Assembly: GCA_020184695.1 (NCBI GenBank)
Contig: JAANOX010000033.1
Location: 1-64,000 of the forward strand
Length of the DNA: 64,000 nucleotides
Source: Histomonas meleagridis 2922-C6/04-290x
Taxonomy: Eukaryota; Protista; Parabasalia
Reading direction: 5' to 3'
The notes below the pieces were generated by a model. The model saw only the letters and a list, made by a program, of their open reading frames with translations, searched no databases and was not told the origin of the DNA. The number at the start of each line of letters is the position of its first letter. Position 1 is the first letter of the stretch. Made by a program: the position numbers and the translations under genes. Below are positions 22,204-33,589 of this stretch, in pieces.

Positions 22204-23868
22204 ATGAAGAATTTTAGCCTATTTTTACTCGGGGCAGCCCAAAGTTTCCAACCGCAGAAAATTTCGGCTATCTTCAGACGGACAAAAATGAAATACATTA
22301 ATGTTATCTCAATTCCAAATGTCAGTATTGATTTTGTTGATAAAATGGAAGTTTTTGGTACATTAAATTTATATTTAATTGGAAATGATTATCGATTTTC
22401 ATGGATTCCAAATGAAACCAACCCAGATCTTGAGAAACTAATTCCTTTTCATGACTTTAAGATTGTTTTTCGCCTTTGTGAACTATCAGCTATCATCATC
22501 AAAGAAGTCAACAACTTTTCGAAAGTGACACTTCTTTTTGTACTTTGTAGTAACAAACAAGAGACATCAACACAAGTTTTTTATCTCAATTCATTTGGAC
22601 ATGTTTACTCTTTACATTTATTTGAATTTTTAAATTCCAAAAAACTCTTGGTTATTCAAGCATCAAATCAAGGTTACATTCAAGCACCAATCACTCCTTT
22701 ATCTGATCCACTCGAACCTCATATAACACCACTTCAGCTTGGAATGTTTTTGGAGCATTACCAAACCGCCCAACAGCTCACTTCACAAACCGTAATTATC
22801 TCTCAAAAAATGGAATTTGACGAAGTAAAATCTTTTTTCAACGAAGAAGGAATTTGTACCAATTTCCAACTATTAAAACGGAATATATTCAAGTGTGGTC
22901 TTGATGACAATGGTCGTGCTTTTATTTACCCATATTTGCTTGGTGTTAAAGATCCAAATATTTCTTTTGAGGCAAATAATCAAATCCTTAAAAACAAACT
23001 TCAACAATACACTACCATGAAATCTCAATGGCAGTCATTTCTTCCAGATCAGGTCAAAAATGTACCAGCAATTGCTGATTTATTGCGGGTTGTTTGTGGC
23101 GATGTTAAGCGAACTGATCGCTTTACTCCTCAGTATGGACCTGATGACAGTCTATATTCCAAAGTTCTCCATGATGTTCTTGTGACATATGATCTCTATA
23201 ATAACGATACAAGTTATGTTCAAGGTATTGGCGATTTAATCTCACCAATCATTATCATCATCATTAAGGACTGGAAAGATGATGAAACAGCCATTCTTTA
23301 TGATGGGACAACAACATCGAGAATCGAGATCGAATCATATATCTTCTGGATTCTCACCGGAATTTTACATACTCTTAAACACGATCGAATATTTATGAAT
23401 CTTTTGGAGAACCAAAAGTTTGTTCTGAAACGAATCTTTAAATTTGCATCACTTGTTGATCCACCTGTTCAACGCCTTTTCCAGCACACTGAAATGGAAG
23501 ATCTTCTCTTTATGTTCCGTCCATATCTTCTTTTGTTCAAACGCGATTTCCCTGTTCCGAATTTACTTCGGATTTGGGATTCGTTTTTTTCGGCGGAATT
23601 AATTTCCGTTTTCCCGCGAATTTTCGCATCTGCATTGATAATACTTCTTTTCCCATTGTATTTGACTGCAGAGGATTTCTCAATTGGAGAAATCATGAGA
23701 ATTACAGATAGCGCAATTTCGTCAATTGACCCCGAAACTGCACTAAATTTGTCTGTGGCAATACAAGAAGAAATGTTATCAATGGTGGATAACCAATGGA
23801 TCTTTGATGATATGCCAGACAATGATCAATATATTGAATGGGAACCAAAGTTCCTTAAATTGTTGTAG
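22204..23868 (+). CDS. TBC-domain Rab GTPase-activating protein (TBC1D15/17-like)
   Basis: GDVKRTDR arginine finger, YVQG glutamine finger, LFKRDF...LRIWD; the start may be the ATG at 22288. Confidence 0.88.
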   Translation: MKNFSLFLLGAAQSFQPQKISAIFRRTKMKYINVISIPNVSIDFVDKMEVFGTLNLYLIGNDYRFSWIPNETNPDLEKLIPFHDFKIVFRLCELSAIIIKEVNNFSKVTLLFVLCSNKQETSTQVFYLNSFGHVYSLHLFEFLNSKKLLVIQASNQGYIQAPITPLSDPLEPHITPLQLGMFLEHYQTAQQLTSQTVIISQKMEFDEVKSFFNEEGICTNFQLLKRNIFKCGLDDNGRAFIYPYLLGVKDPNISFEANNQILKNKLQQYTTMKSQWQSFLPDQVKNVPAIADLLRVVCGDVKRTDRFTPQYGPDDSLYSKVLHDVLVTYDLYNNDTSYVQGIGDLISPIIIIIIKDWKDDETAILYDGTTTSRIEIESYIFWILTGILHTLKHDRIFMNLLENQKFVLKRIFKFASLVDPPVQRLFQHTEMEDLLFMFRPYLLLFKRDFPVPNLLRIWDSFFSAELISVFPRIFASALIILLFPLYLTAEDFSIGEIMRITDSAISSIDPETALNLSVAIQEEMLSMVDNQWIFDDMPDNDQYIEWEPKFLKLL

Positions 23869-24758
23869 AAATATATAAATACTTTTTCTTTATACATATT
23901 TTTTTTTTAATTTTATTATAAATAGACTGCAGTGAAAAACCTGTAAGCCAACACATTAATATAACCCACGTCTATACTTTAGCATTATTCATAGAGAACA
24001 TATTGAGTAATATATATTTAATAAATTTTTTTTCTATTTAATTTTGTAATTTTCGCAATATTCCGATTTTTCAATCACTTCACTAAGAAGAACGTAAACA
24101 CGATTTTCTTTACATATTTTGATTAATTCATATTTTTGGGACTGAATATATGTTAAAATTTCTATTTGCTTACAAACTATATAAATAAAGTATGATTTAT
24201 CTAAAAATTTGTTGTCGGTCTACAAGTTTTTCATGGCAGTCTAAATATTTTTGTAGTAAATACGGTGCTTCGAAAGTTTATTATGTTCGATTTCTGTGAA
24301 AATTTGGTAACATGGAATTTGATAACCATTTCTTTGTAAACTTTTAATCGATCTCCTATCCTTTTGTTGATTATCAATAAATTTCATTAATAAAGACTTT
24401 TATATTACAAGATATATAAAAAGAAAAATTAAAAAGAAATAAATAATAAAAAAGCATTTATATGTGGAAGTTCTTGTAAGAAAGTCATTAATTTTTATAA
24501 ATCAATAAACGAATAAAAAGAATTATATCAAAAATTAATGTTTTAGTTAATGTGCAAGCACTTAGCTAATAAAATGTATCGGCAAATTTTTTAATTAAAT
24601 CAGTAAAACTGAATCGAAACTAATTCCTTGATCTCACACTAACATTTCAAAGCTACTAATATTTAATAGAAATATATTTATTAATGCTATTTTCCATTGA
24701 AATTTAAGATTCGCATTTATAAATAATTTTTAACAATTCCTCAAAACAGTACTTCTGT

Positions 24759-25337
24759 TCAACAGCAACCTCCTTCTTTTTTCTCTAGTGTTTTAATAGT
24801 TTCAGAAGGCACTGCTGTAGAGTTTTTGTCGAAAATTTCTGTGAATAATTTCATAAAAATTTCAGAAACTCCTTCGCCTGTGAGAGCGCTGCATTCAAAG
24901 AACCGAAGGTCATTCTTTGTAGCAAACTCTTTTATCATTTCCTCTGGAATTGTTCTGTCTTCTTCAATATCTATTTTGTTTCCGACCAAGAAAGTAACAT
25001 AATTTGGTGATTCATCTTTAACCATTTCAAGCCATGTTGGGAGGCTTTCAAATGATTCTTTATTGCTTACATCAAAAACAATTAATGCACCATGTGAACC
25101 AGTTTTATATTGTGGAACAAGAGAACGATATTTCTCTTGACCCGCAGTATCCCAGATGTCGAAGATTAGGCGTCTATTTTTTATTTCAACTTGTGCAGGA
25201 AAGAATCCTGTTCCAACAGTTGGACAATGCTCAAGTGTTACAAACTGTCCAGTATATGACTCAACAATAGATGTCTTGCCAACTGATGAATTTCCAAGAA
25301 GGATAACTTTGAATCTAGGTATGTTCATCTTCATCAT
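24759..25337 (-). CDS. Rab-family small GTPase
   Basis: GNSSVGKT, WDTAGQEKY, GNKID, ECSA, C-terminal GGCC; first ATG at 25337. Confidence 0.92.
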   Translation of the reverse strand: MMKMNIPRFKVILLGNSSVGKTSIVESYTGQFVTLEHCPTVGTGFFPAQVEIKNRRLIFDIWDTAGQEKYRSLVPQYKTGSHGALIVFDVSNKESFESLPTWLEMVKDESPNYVTFLVGNKIDIEEDRTIPEEMIKEFATKNDLRFFECSALTGEGVSEIFMKLFTEIFDKNSTAVPSETIKTLEKKEGGCC

Positions 25338-25697
25338 TGTTTCCAATATAAGTCGATCGAGAGCAACAAAAGTGTCAAAATAATGACTTTTTTTCGAGGG
25401 CGTGTAATCTGTGCAATTCCCATAAATATTAAATTTTATAGAATAAATATCAAATGGTATTATATATTTTACGCATATTGTATCCAAGTATAAGAGTTTA
25501 TCATATTTAAAAAAAAAAATTAAAAATTCCAATCAAAAATTCAATTAGCACTTACAACATGAAAAAATCTTTAACTTGTGATGTAATTCATAGAGTCTTA
25601 TTAAGGTTATAACTTTAACTTCACAATAAATCTGAATTTAATATTTTCAAAACTTAAATATAAGGAAAAGAACTAGCTATTTTATTGTTGTTTAGAG

Positions 25698-26660
25698 TTA
25701 TTCAGCCTTTTCTTTTTCAGTGAAGTATTTGTATATCATGAAAAATGCGATTGGCAAAAGGAATACGAACAAACCTATTGAAACAGAGAACGATACGGAA
25801 ACTTTTGATGGGTATGAAATCTTAGATTCGTAGAAAACAGGGTCTTTGAAGCTACCAACCCTGTAAGCGATTGTGAAACCGCTCTTTGCAATTCTTTCAT
25901 CAGTTATTTCTTGGCATTTGGTAATGTATGTTTGATTCAAAGTATCACCAGGAGAGAGACCTGCATAGACATAATCAACAGCAATTTTATAAGACTCTGT
26001 AGCTATGGCATTAAAATCGCGTGAAGATTTTCTTACTGAAGATGAATCATAATTTTGCTTATAATAGTCAACTCTTGCATCAATTGCTTTCCACTGTTCT
26101 TCAGTAAATGGCAACAAGCTGGTGTATCTTCCGCATCCTGTTTCCCAAAACCATTTCAATGATACATTTTGATTATTAAAAATTACATAGAAATTTTCTC
26201 CACTACCATCACCTTCTGGGAATTGCTTGCTGAAAAGCTCTGATGTATGCATTGGAGAGTGTACTTCACTAAACATACCAAGTAATGATTTGAAAGCAAG
26301 AATTGCCGGCCAATTATGCATATAAGAAGACTGAAGAACGCTGGTAAGGAATGTTTCTCCATATGAAACCAAGTCATCTGAGTCATGATGCCTTGTAGCA
26401 TTTACACCATCTTTAATTATTGGAGTTCGTGTGTATCTCCAGTGATTGAAGTTTTTCGTGTTATATGGTGGTCTTTCTATGTATGAAAGCCAAGCTCCAG
26501 TTTCTGATAATCTGTCATATTTTTCATTGGGTTCAAGATCAAGGAATTTTTTTGTGAGCTCGCGAGCATAGTCGCCGATCATACGATAATAAAGCTCTGT
26601 TGCCATTACCAATGGTTCATCAAGCCAAGAAAATGTGTGTATTAGCAATAAAGCAAGCAT
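25698..26660 (-). CDS. S1/P1 (class I) nuclease-fold membrane protein, probably catalytically degenerate
   Basis: Signal peptide then W; FNHWRY, EVHSPMH, DGSG, LKWFWE and RIAKSG align to S1/P1 motifs; C-terminal TM helix. Confidence 0.75.
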   Translation of the reverse strand: MLALLLIHTFSWLDEPLVMATELYYRMIGDYARELTKKFLDLEPNEKYDRLSETGAWLSYIERPPYNTKNFNHWRYTRTPIIKDGVNATRHHDSDDLVSYGETFLTSVLQSSYMHNWPAILAFKSLLGMFSEVHSPMHTSELFSKQFPEGDGSGENFYVIFNNQNVSLKWFWETGCGRYTSLLPFTEEQWKAIDARVDYYKQNYDSSSVRKSSRDFNAIATESYKIAVDYVYAGLSPGDTLNQTYITKCQEITDERIAKSGFTIAYRVGSFKDPVFYESKISYPSKVSVSFSVSIGLFVFLLPIAFFMIYKYFTEKEKAE

Positions 26661-27590
26661 TTCTTGCGTTTACCGATGGTTTAAACAAGAAAAACGTTAA
26701 GATCGTTTTTTAACCGATATTAAATAAAAAGTGCACTTCTATGTCTTCGAAGCCAGACCGTATTCAATTTTGTCGGTTTTACATCTGTTTTTGGTTTTGT
26801 TGGGCAAATTTTGTATACTTTATATAATTCAAAATGTTGAAAAAACTGATTATGAAAAATTGTGGGAAAAAGTGATATAAAATAATTTTACTTTAAAATT
26901 GGCCAAACCACATTATGGGCTGGGTTGAGATGTCTAAAATCCCAGTAAAACTGGTAAAAGGCCCGAATCCATAAGCAATATAATATTATTATCTCTTATG
27001 GAATATAAAGGTAGTTGTTAATCAAAAAATATATTAAATCTATAATAATAAAAAAAAAATCTTATTTATTTTGATAAATTCTAATAGTATATCTATTTAA
27101 TGTGCTTCCAAGCAAGTAAAAGTCAAAAAGTCATTTGTTTTTGCGTTTAGCTTTTTAAGATGAAAATTAAACTGTTTCATTTTCTAAACGATGACGCAAC
27201 CAATGAAATTCTTATTAAATAAGGAAGAAATACCTTAAGAACAATTGCAGACATCAAAATTTCCATTCATGTTGAATATATAATTTTTAAATTTTTAGAT
27301 GCAGAAGAAGAATTATGATAATTTTAAAAAAACAGTTACATAAATATAAGAATAAAATTCATATATATTATTTTAGGTCAAAAGAGGATAATAAGATTTA
27401 GTGTGTGAATAAAATGTATGACCAATTTTTGTTTGACTATTAATTTCTGATACAGCTATTAAAAATGTTTTTAAGAAATCTTTAGATCTATATAGTAGAA
27501 GAAACATAAAATTTGCTAAATAACACAAATGTTTGTATTTATAAAAAAAAATAAACAAATTAAAATATTTTGTTCTTAAAATATGTTTAT

Positions 27591-29732
27591 TTATATCTGA
27601 CTGATAAATTTTTCTTCTTTGAAATCGTCTGCAAATGGATCTTCTTCAATATTTGAATTATTAATACCAACTGAAAATGTATTATCGATTTCATTAATTT
27701 TATTATTATTTTCATCTGAAATATTCATTTCTTCTTCATTTTGTTTCCGCTTCTTATTTTGATATTTAATCATAAATATTATAATTATCATTATAAAAAC
27801 AATAATTATTACAATTACAATAACAATTATAATGATAATTAATGTATTATTATCATCAGTGTTTATTATTACATCTTCGATATAAGAAATATAAAAGAAA
27901 TTCGAATAATAAGTAAAATATTCTGGATAATATATAATTGTATAATTATAATATATGAAATCGACATAAATATATTTAGTTTCAGATTCAATGAAAGTAA
28001 CTGAATAAGATTTTATGAATGTATAATAATCTGATAAAGTTTTTATAAACGATAAAGAATAAGTTAAAGTATAAGTGTTAACGAAAGTAAAATTCATCGA
28101 AAATGTATTAACATAAGTATTTGAATCAAAATTATTTTTTGATTTCGTAAATGTGTTTGAATTAGCAAATGTATTTATGTTAGTAAATGTATTTGAGTTA
28201 GTGTATGTGCGTGTTGGCGGGAGACATTCGTCAAGTGTTGTTCCCTTAGTAATATTCATATTTCCAAATGTTTCATTTTGATATGTTTCTATTGTCATAA
28301 CTATTGTCGCATTGATATTAACAAATGCATCATTTCGTATTTTTGGTGATATTTCTCCATTAAAATAAATACATTGAAGTGATGTACAATTAACAAATGC
28401 ACATGAATTAATATATTGAACATTTTCATCAATAAAAATTCTTTCTAAATTATAACAATAAGCAAAAGAATAATTCATAATAGAAATAACTGATTTAGGA
28501 ATTGTAAATGTTTTACTTTTCATATTCGGATAACTAATAATATATGTAATTTCTTTATTATATAAAACACCATCATTTTCATAATTCGAATATCCAATAT
28601 TTTCTTCTGAAACATTAATAAATTGAAGTTTCATACATTCTAAAAATGCATTTCCAATTGAAGTAACTGAACTTGGTATATAAATATTCAAAAGGCTTGT
28701 ACATCCTCTGAATGCATCTGATCCAATACTTCGGACGCCTTCATATAATGTTATAGTTTCAAGTCCTGTACATTTATAAAATGCATTATCACTAATGGTA
28801 TTACAACGGATTGTAATATTATTTAATGAAATACATTCTGCAAATGCTCCACCTCCAATTCCACTCATTAATTTATCTGGAAATTGGACATATTTTAATT
28901 GTTTACATGATGCAAATGCTCTACTATTTATATTTCCAACTGTTTCTCCAATTATTACTGTCGTTAATAAAGGCCATTCTCTGAATGCATTACTTTCAAT
29001 CACGCCAACATCAATAATTATAACACGTTCTGTATCATTCATATAATCTTTTGAATAATCAATGGAATCAGATATTGTGAGTGTTTTTGTTGTTTCATCA
29101 AATGATTGCTTTGTATTAACAAAAAATATAATCATTAAAATCGGAATAACTTCGTTTTTTTGATGAATGCTTTTCTGATTAAAATAAACTTTGGAAAAGA
29201 AAGTAAAAACAAAAAATATAAATACGAACAAAGTTATATTTGAATACGTAGAAGTAATTAATGCATTAAATATCTTTGGTAGATTTTTAAGAATATTATT
29301 GCTGCAATTCATTGATAAATAACATTGAAAACTTTCATTAAAATGATATATATTATGCAGAATATGAAAGATTGCAGTTATTTTGGAATATAAATACGAA
29401 ATTATTAAATTTGAAGAAACGATATGCATAAAACCTATTCTATTGTTATTTAGAGAATTGCTGAGTGAAACGCATTGCAGTAAATGATTTATGTTGTTTG
29501 CTGTTTGAATTTTTTGTAAATATATTTTACTCTTTATGTGTTCTCTCTTGTTACTTGGCATGTAATGAATGCTTTTGTTATGCATATGCTTGTTCATTGT
29601 TTTATTTTCAGTGAGAGAATACAAATAATATTTATTTGAAATAAAAACATCTTTGCTGAAATTTATGAGGATAATGAAAGTGCCAATGTGAATTAATGTT
29701 ATCATTAATTGAGGATATGCATTATATTTCAT
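27591..29732 (-). CDS. BspA-like (TpLRR/LRR_5) surface protein with Thr/Asn/Phe stalk, TM helix and cytoplasmic tail
   Basis: Repeated IxxxAFxxCxxL units, TFTNSNTF repeats, hydrophobic IIIIIVIVIV helix, tail ending EEDPFADDFKEEKFISQI. Confidence 0.88.
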   Translation of the reverse strand: MKYNAYPQLMITLIHIGTFIILINFSKDVFISNKYYLYSLTENKTMNKHMHNKSIHYMPSNKREHIKSKIYLQKIQTANNINHLLQCVSLSNSLNNNRIGFMHIVSSNLIISYLYSKITAIFHILHNIYHFNESFQCYLSMNCSNNILKNLPKIFNALITSTYSNITLFVFIFFVFTFFSKVYFNQKSIHQKNEVIPILMIIFFVNTKQSFDETTKTLTISDSIDYSKDYMNDTERVIIIDVGVIESNAFREWPLLTTVIIGETVGNINSRAFASCKQLKYVQFPDKLMSGIGGGAFAECISLNNITIRCNTISDNAFYKCTGLETITLYEGVRSIGSDAFRGCTSLLNIYIPSSVTSIGNAFLECMKLQFINVSEENIGYSNYENDGVLYNKEITYIISYPNMKSKTFTIPKSVISIMNYSFAYCYNLERIFIDENVQYINSCAFVNCTSLQCIYFNGEISPKIRNDAFVNINATIVMTIETYQNETFGNMNITKGTTLDECLPPTRTYTNSNTFTNINTFANSNTFTKSKNNFDSNTYVNTFSMNFTFVNTYTLTYSLSFIKTLSDYYTFIKSYSVTFIESETKYIYVDFIYYNYTIIYYPEYFTYYSNFFYISYIEDVIINTDDNNTLIIIIIVIVIVIIIVFIMIIIIFMIKYQNKKRKQNEEEMNISDENNNKINEIDNTFSVGINNSNIEEDPFADDFKEEKFISQI

Positions 29733-30533
29733 CGATTTGGTATATGCGTTTCCAATATAAATCTGGTTTGGTTGTAACGAAAAACCTCTAATTTTTCATT
29801 AGAAATGTGTGTAACAACTGTTGTTCAATGTGAAATGTGAGTTTTCATCGAAATTATTTTGGATGCCGAAACACACACATGAAGCATTAGGTGACATGAA
29901 AAGATCTCATTTACTTGCTCACAATTGAGGACTTGACATTTGAATGGATTTAAGGGAAAACGACAAGAAACAACCAACTTTTTATGAAAAAAGTTTCAAT
30001 TGAATAGTCATTCAACTTTTGTGTGTTCATGTCAAAATTTTAGAATTATTTAAAAAGTGACCGGTGCGACACTTCGAGTGAAACACACAAAAATCAACGT
30101 GAAGTATGAAAATCATGCCGAAAAATCAAAATGGATTTGAAACAGTCGTAATAATCAAAATAAAAATATGATTAGTAGATAAAAACTACCATCAAAATTT
30201 TTATAATCTCAAAAAACAGATTTTTTTGATTTTTTTTCACAATAAATTAAAATTAAATTCAGACGATTTTTAAGATTGTATTTTAATTTTCTTAAGATGA
30301 AATATGTTATCAGAGATACATTATGTGTTATCACGATTGCTATTTCTTGGTTTGATACAATTTTACCGAAAAAAAAATTTTGAACTTTTCGCCTCAACTT
30401 TAGGTACAAATGATTTATTATTTTGAAAGAACCATTGATAACAGCAATAATTAAATTTTAAAATTGTTTTTCTAATTGCTTACAGTCAAATTTTCTTGTT
30501 TGAAACGTTCCAAAAACTCTTATCATTGACTTT

Positions 30534-31334
30534 TTATTGTTTTAAAATTCGATCAAAGTATCTCTCTTTTTTCATGTCTTCTTTGATACTTTGATTCAGA
30601 GCAATAATTCCACCTACTAAGCCTTTACCACTGTAAGTACGCATTGTTGGTACTATTGCCCAATCACCATTACATCTAAATATGGAAAATATCCAAACAC
30701 AAGAATGGAACCCTTTTTTCCTTCCAGTGAAACCCATTAATTCCAAATCATCTTTTGCATCATAAACTCTAAAGAATGCGCCCAATTTCGTATTAAATTT
30801 CTTGTTTGTATTTTCCGAAACTCCGAATGATAAACAAAATACTTCTGGAGGCAATTGATTAAGTTTGATAATAGAATATATCTCCCTACTAAATTCATTA
30901 TACCTTCCATTTTCATCAATAGCAAGTTTTACTGCATCATTGAGCATCGATGGCTTTTGTGGATAAATAAAATCGATGTGATTAAAATTGATATCATATG
31001 CAATAAATCGTAAATCAAATTGGAAACCAGCCGTAGTTAATAATTGTTGTTCTGCAAAAATATGTATTGTATCAGGTAATGGTCGTTGGAAATATTTAAG
31101 TGCAACTTGAATTGGAAATGGATCGTCAACGTTTAAATTAATACGATGAAATATTTTTTCATCCGTTACATTTTCATTAACAACTAAAGACTTAACACTT
31201 AATAAAATATTATGCATATTCTTGTTTGGGACTGAATTTAATGAAATACATCTACCAAGTGAAAAATGATTAAGACAATTATTTGGTTTAATGTTAATTT
31301 TAACATAATCTATGTTGTCTGAACTCGTGGACAA
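30534..31334 (-). CDS. TerD/CABP1-like domain protein; start codon uncertain
   Basis: FDLRFIAYD..DFIY, IKLNQLPPEVFCLSFGV, AFFRVYD and IFRCNGDW follow the TerD pattern; 31334 is TTG and the first in-frame ATG is at 31217. Confidence 0.55.
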   Translation of the reverse strand: MSTSSDNIDYVKINIKPNNCLNHFSLGRCISLNSVPNKNMHNILLSVKSLVVNENVTDEKIFHRINLNVDDPFPIQVALKYFQRPLPDTIHIFAEQQLLTTAGFQFDLRFIAYDINFNHIDFIYPQKPSMLNDAVKLAIDENGRYNEFSREIYSIIKLNQLPPEVFCLSFGVSENTNKKFNTKLGAFFRVYDAKDDLELMGFTGRKKGFHSCVWIFSIFRCNGDWAIVPTMRTYSGKGLVGGIIALNQSIKEDMKKERYFDRILKQ

Positions 31335-31899
31335 TTAATTAAATCACTACCTTTAAATTCAAATAATTGTTGGAAATGAAGAATTGGCGGCTTCTTATTT
31401 TCTTTGTTAAGTCCAATGCATGCATTAAATTCGTGGATAGCCCCAGTATCAAGAACGGGCCGACGATAGAGACACGATAGAGCTTTTAATCGTTAAATAT
31501 ATCGTTAGTTATGTGTAAACAATACAAAAAGTAGTGATATACCGACCGTTAATTTCAGCAACATTTCTACTTACTGCAGGAATTTGATAAGTAATACATT
31601 ATACCCAACTACTGCTTTTAAGGTTTTTTACATCAAATTCTAAAAAAAAAAAGTGACTGATGAAAAAGGAACAATTGCAATAGATTATTCAAAAAAATTG
31701 TAACGTTTTGGGACACCCCGTTCTATGAAAGATAGGGTGACGATTGGAATTTTTATCTAAAATAAACATTTAATTAAATAAAAAGATTTTCAATTTTATT
31801 AAATTTCAATTTCCTAAATGGTATATAAATGAAAGTCGTCACAAAGTATAATTTACAATTGTTTTATTAATGGATAGATTTGTATTATTTCAAAAATGT

Positions 31900-32540
31900 T
31901 TTTAACATTTAATCAATTCAAGCGCTGTTTTAAATATTTTAAATCATTTCCAAGTATTATTTTTAAAGCCAAAATTATCAAAATAAACATTATATACAAG
32001 AAAAGTGACAATTGTACCAAGTCTAATAATTGTTGAAGAATAAAAATTAATATATCAATTTATGTTTTAAATAAAGCCATTGAAGAAAATCACATTTCAA
32101 AACGAATTATATATTCATAAATATATTTCGTTATCAGATATTCATATAAAATATAGAGTACGAATATATTCGTATTATAAAATTTATTTTTTTTATAAAT
32201 ACGGATATTTATAGTAAAATAATACCCTAATATAAAAAGTATTTAATATTACAACATTTTGTTTCCTTTATTATTCTAAAATAAAAAATTAGAAAGAAAT
32301 AATTTTAAATTTAATAAGAAATTTTATTAAATGATTGATATTTTTTTTCGGAATCTTAATAATCTTCACTAAATCCAGTGCGAACCAAATGTTTTTAATT
32401 TCAAGAAATTTTAATAATTCTAATATAGTTAGTGCAAACTTTTTTTTAAATTTAAATAATATATAGATTCCACAAAAAATGTCTTTTACATTAATATCAA
32501 TTGCTTTTTGATAAAGAAGTAATTTAACAATTTCATTCAA
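31900..32540 (-). pseudogene. Degraded ankyrin-repeat relic
   Basis: EIVKLLLYQKAIDINVKDI at ~32480-32540 and the insert 3' motif followed by ACAGCGCTT (TAL) at 31967-31920. Confidence 0.6.
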
Positions 32541-32665
32541 TTTAATAATTATCTTGGGTTAATCAGCTAATTTAATAGAATTTCTAATTTTATTGATTGG
32601 TTAATCAGGTTCAATGTTTTCTTTGCGCGGTTATGACATAACAACTTCATTTTACCTATTCAAGA

Positions 32666-32738
32666 GCCTGCGTAGCATAGTGGTTATTGCGTTCGCCTTG
32701 TAAGCGAAAGGTCGGCGGTCCGACTCCGCTCGCAGGCA
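32666..32738 (+). tRNA. tRNA-Thr (anticodon TGT)
   Basis: Acceptor stem GCCTGCG/CGCAGGC, anticodon arm TTCGC-CTTGTAA-GCGAA, T arm GGCGG-TCCGACT-CCGCT, followed by a T-run (Pol III terminator). Confidence 0.92.
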
Positions 32739-33589
32739 ATTTTTTTAATTAATTTTGATCCAATTTTATTTTTGAGATGTGAAGTATTCAAACAAACAAC
32801 TTTTACACTTGTTTTTGATCGCCATTTCACTATTTGTATGCTTTACACTTTTCGAATCAGTTTTGACATTTTTTTGTGGTTGTGTATCCCATAATAAAAT
32901 TCATTAAATGTAATCTACATTTGATTTACTAATGAACCCTTTCTGTCTGAGCTTTGCATGGTTTTTCCATTCCTAAATTTCACAAATAAAACTTTGATGT
33001 TTTCAGTGATTTCAATTTTTTTTTGAAAATTTATGGAATTTGATAAAAAACGCATTAAGTCCAACTACTGCTGTTAAAGTTCTTATATAATATAAGTTAT
33101 ATTACATATACTAAAAAAAAGAAGATATATGCATAATTGGATACGAAAAGCATATAAGTGCATTTTAACCTATGACAAATAAGCTACAAAAAGGTCATCA
33201 TAATTTTTCGGATTCCTTCAAAGCATTGGTTTTACCAAAAAAATACGACAGCAAACCTATCAATGCACTACGAAATTTCCCAAGACCGGCCTAAGCTATT
33301 ACGTGAAAGGATTTTACATAAACAATATCATTCATAAGAAGTGATCACAAAGAACGATGAAATGATGAAAACGCATGTACGTTAATATAAAATTGTGATC
33401 AATTGAACACCTTATTCAATTTTCTATACTTTCGTTTTTTTTGGTTTCTGGGGGTGTTTTCCATTCGATTCAATTATAATTTGAACGGCAGATGTGACAT
33501 GTTTTTCATCCACTGCGTTCAATCTCACAAAAATGTGACTTGTTGGAATCGAAAATATTTCAGAATTCAATCATTTCACATATTTTCAA

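Noticed and set aside
24050-24365. Minus-strand frame with few stops between the TBC and Rab genes
   Set aside because: No recognisable motif; cannot be separated from chance.
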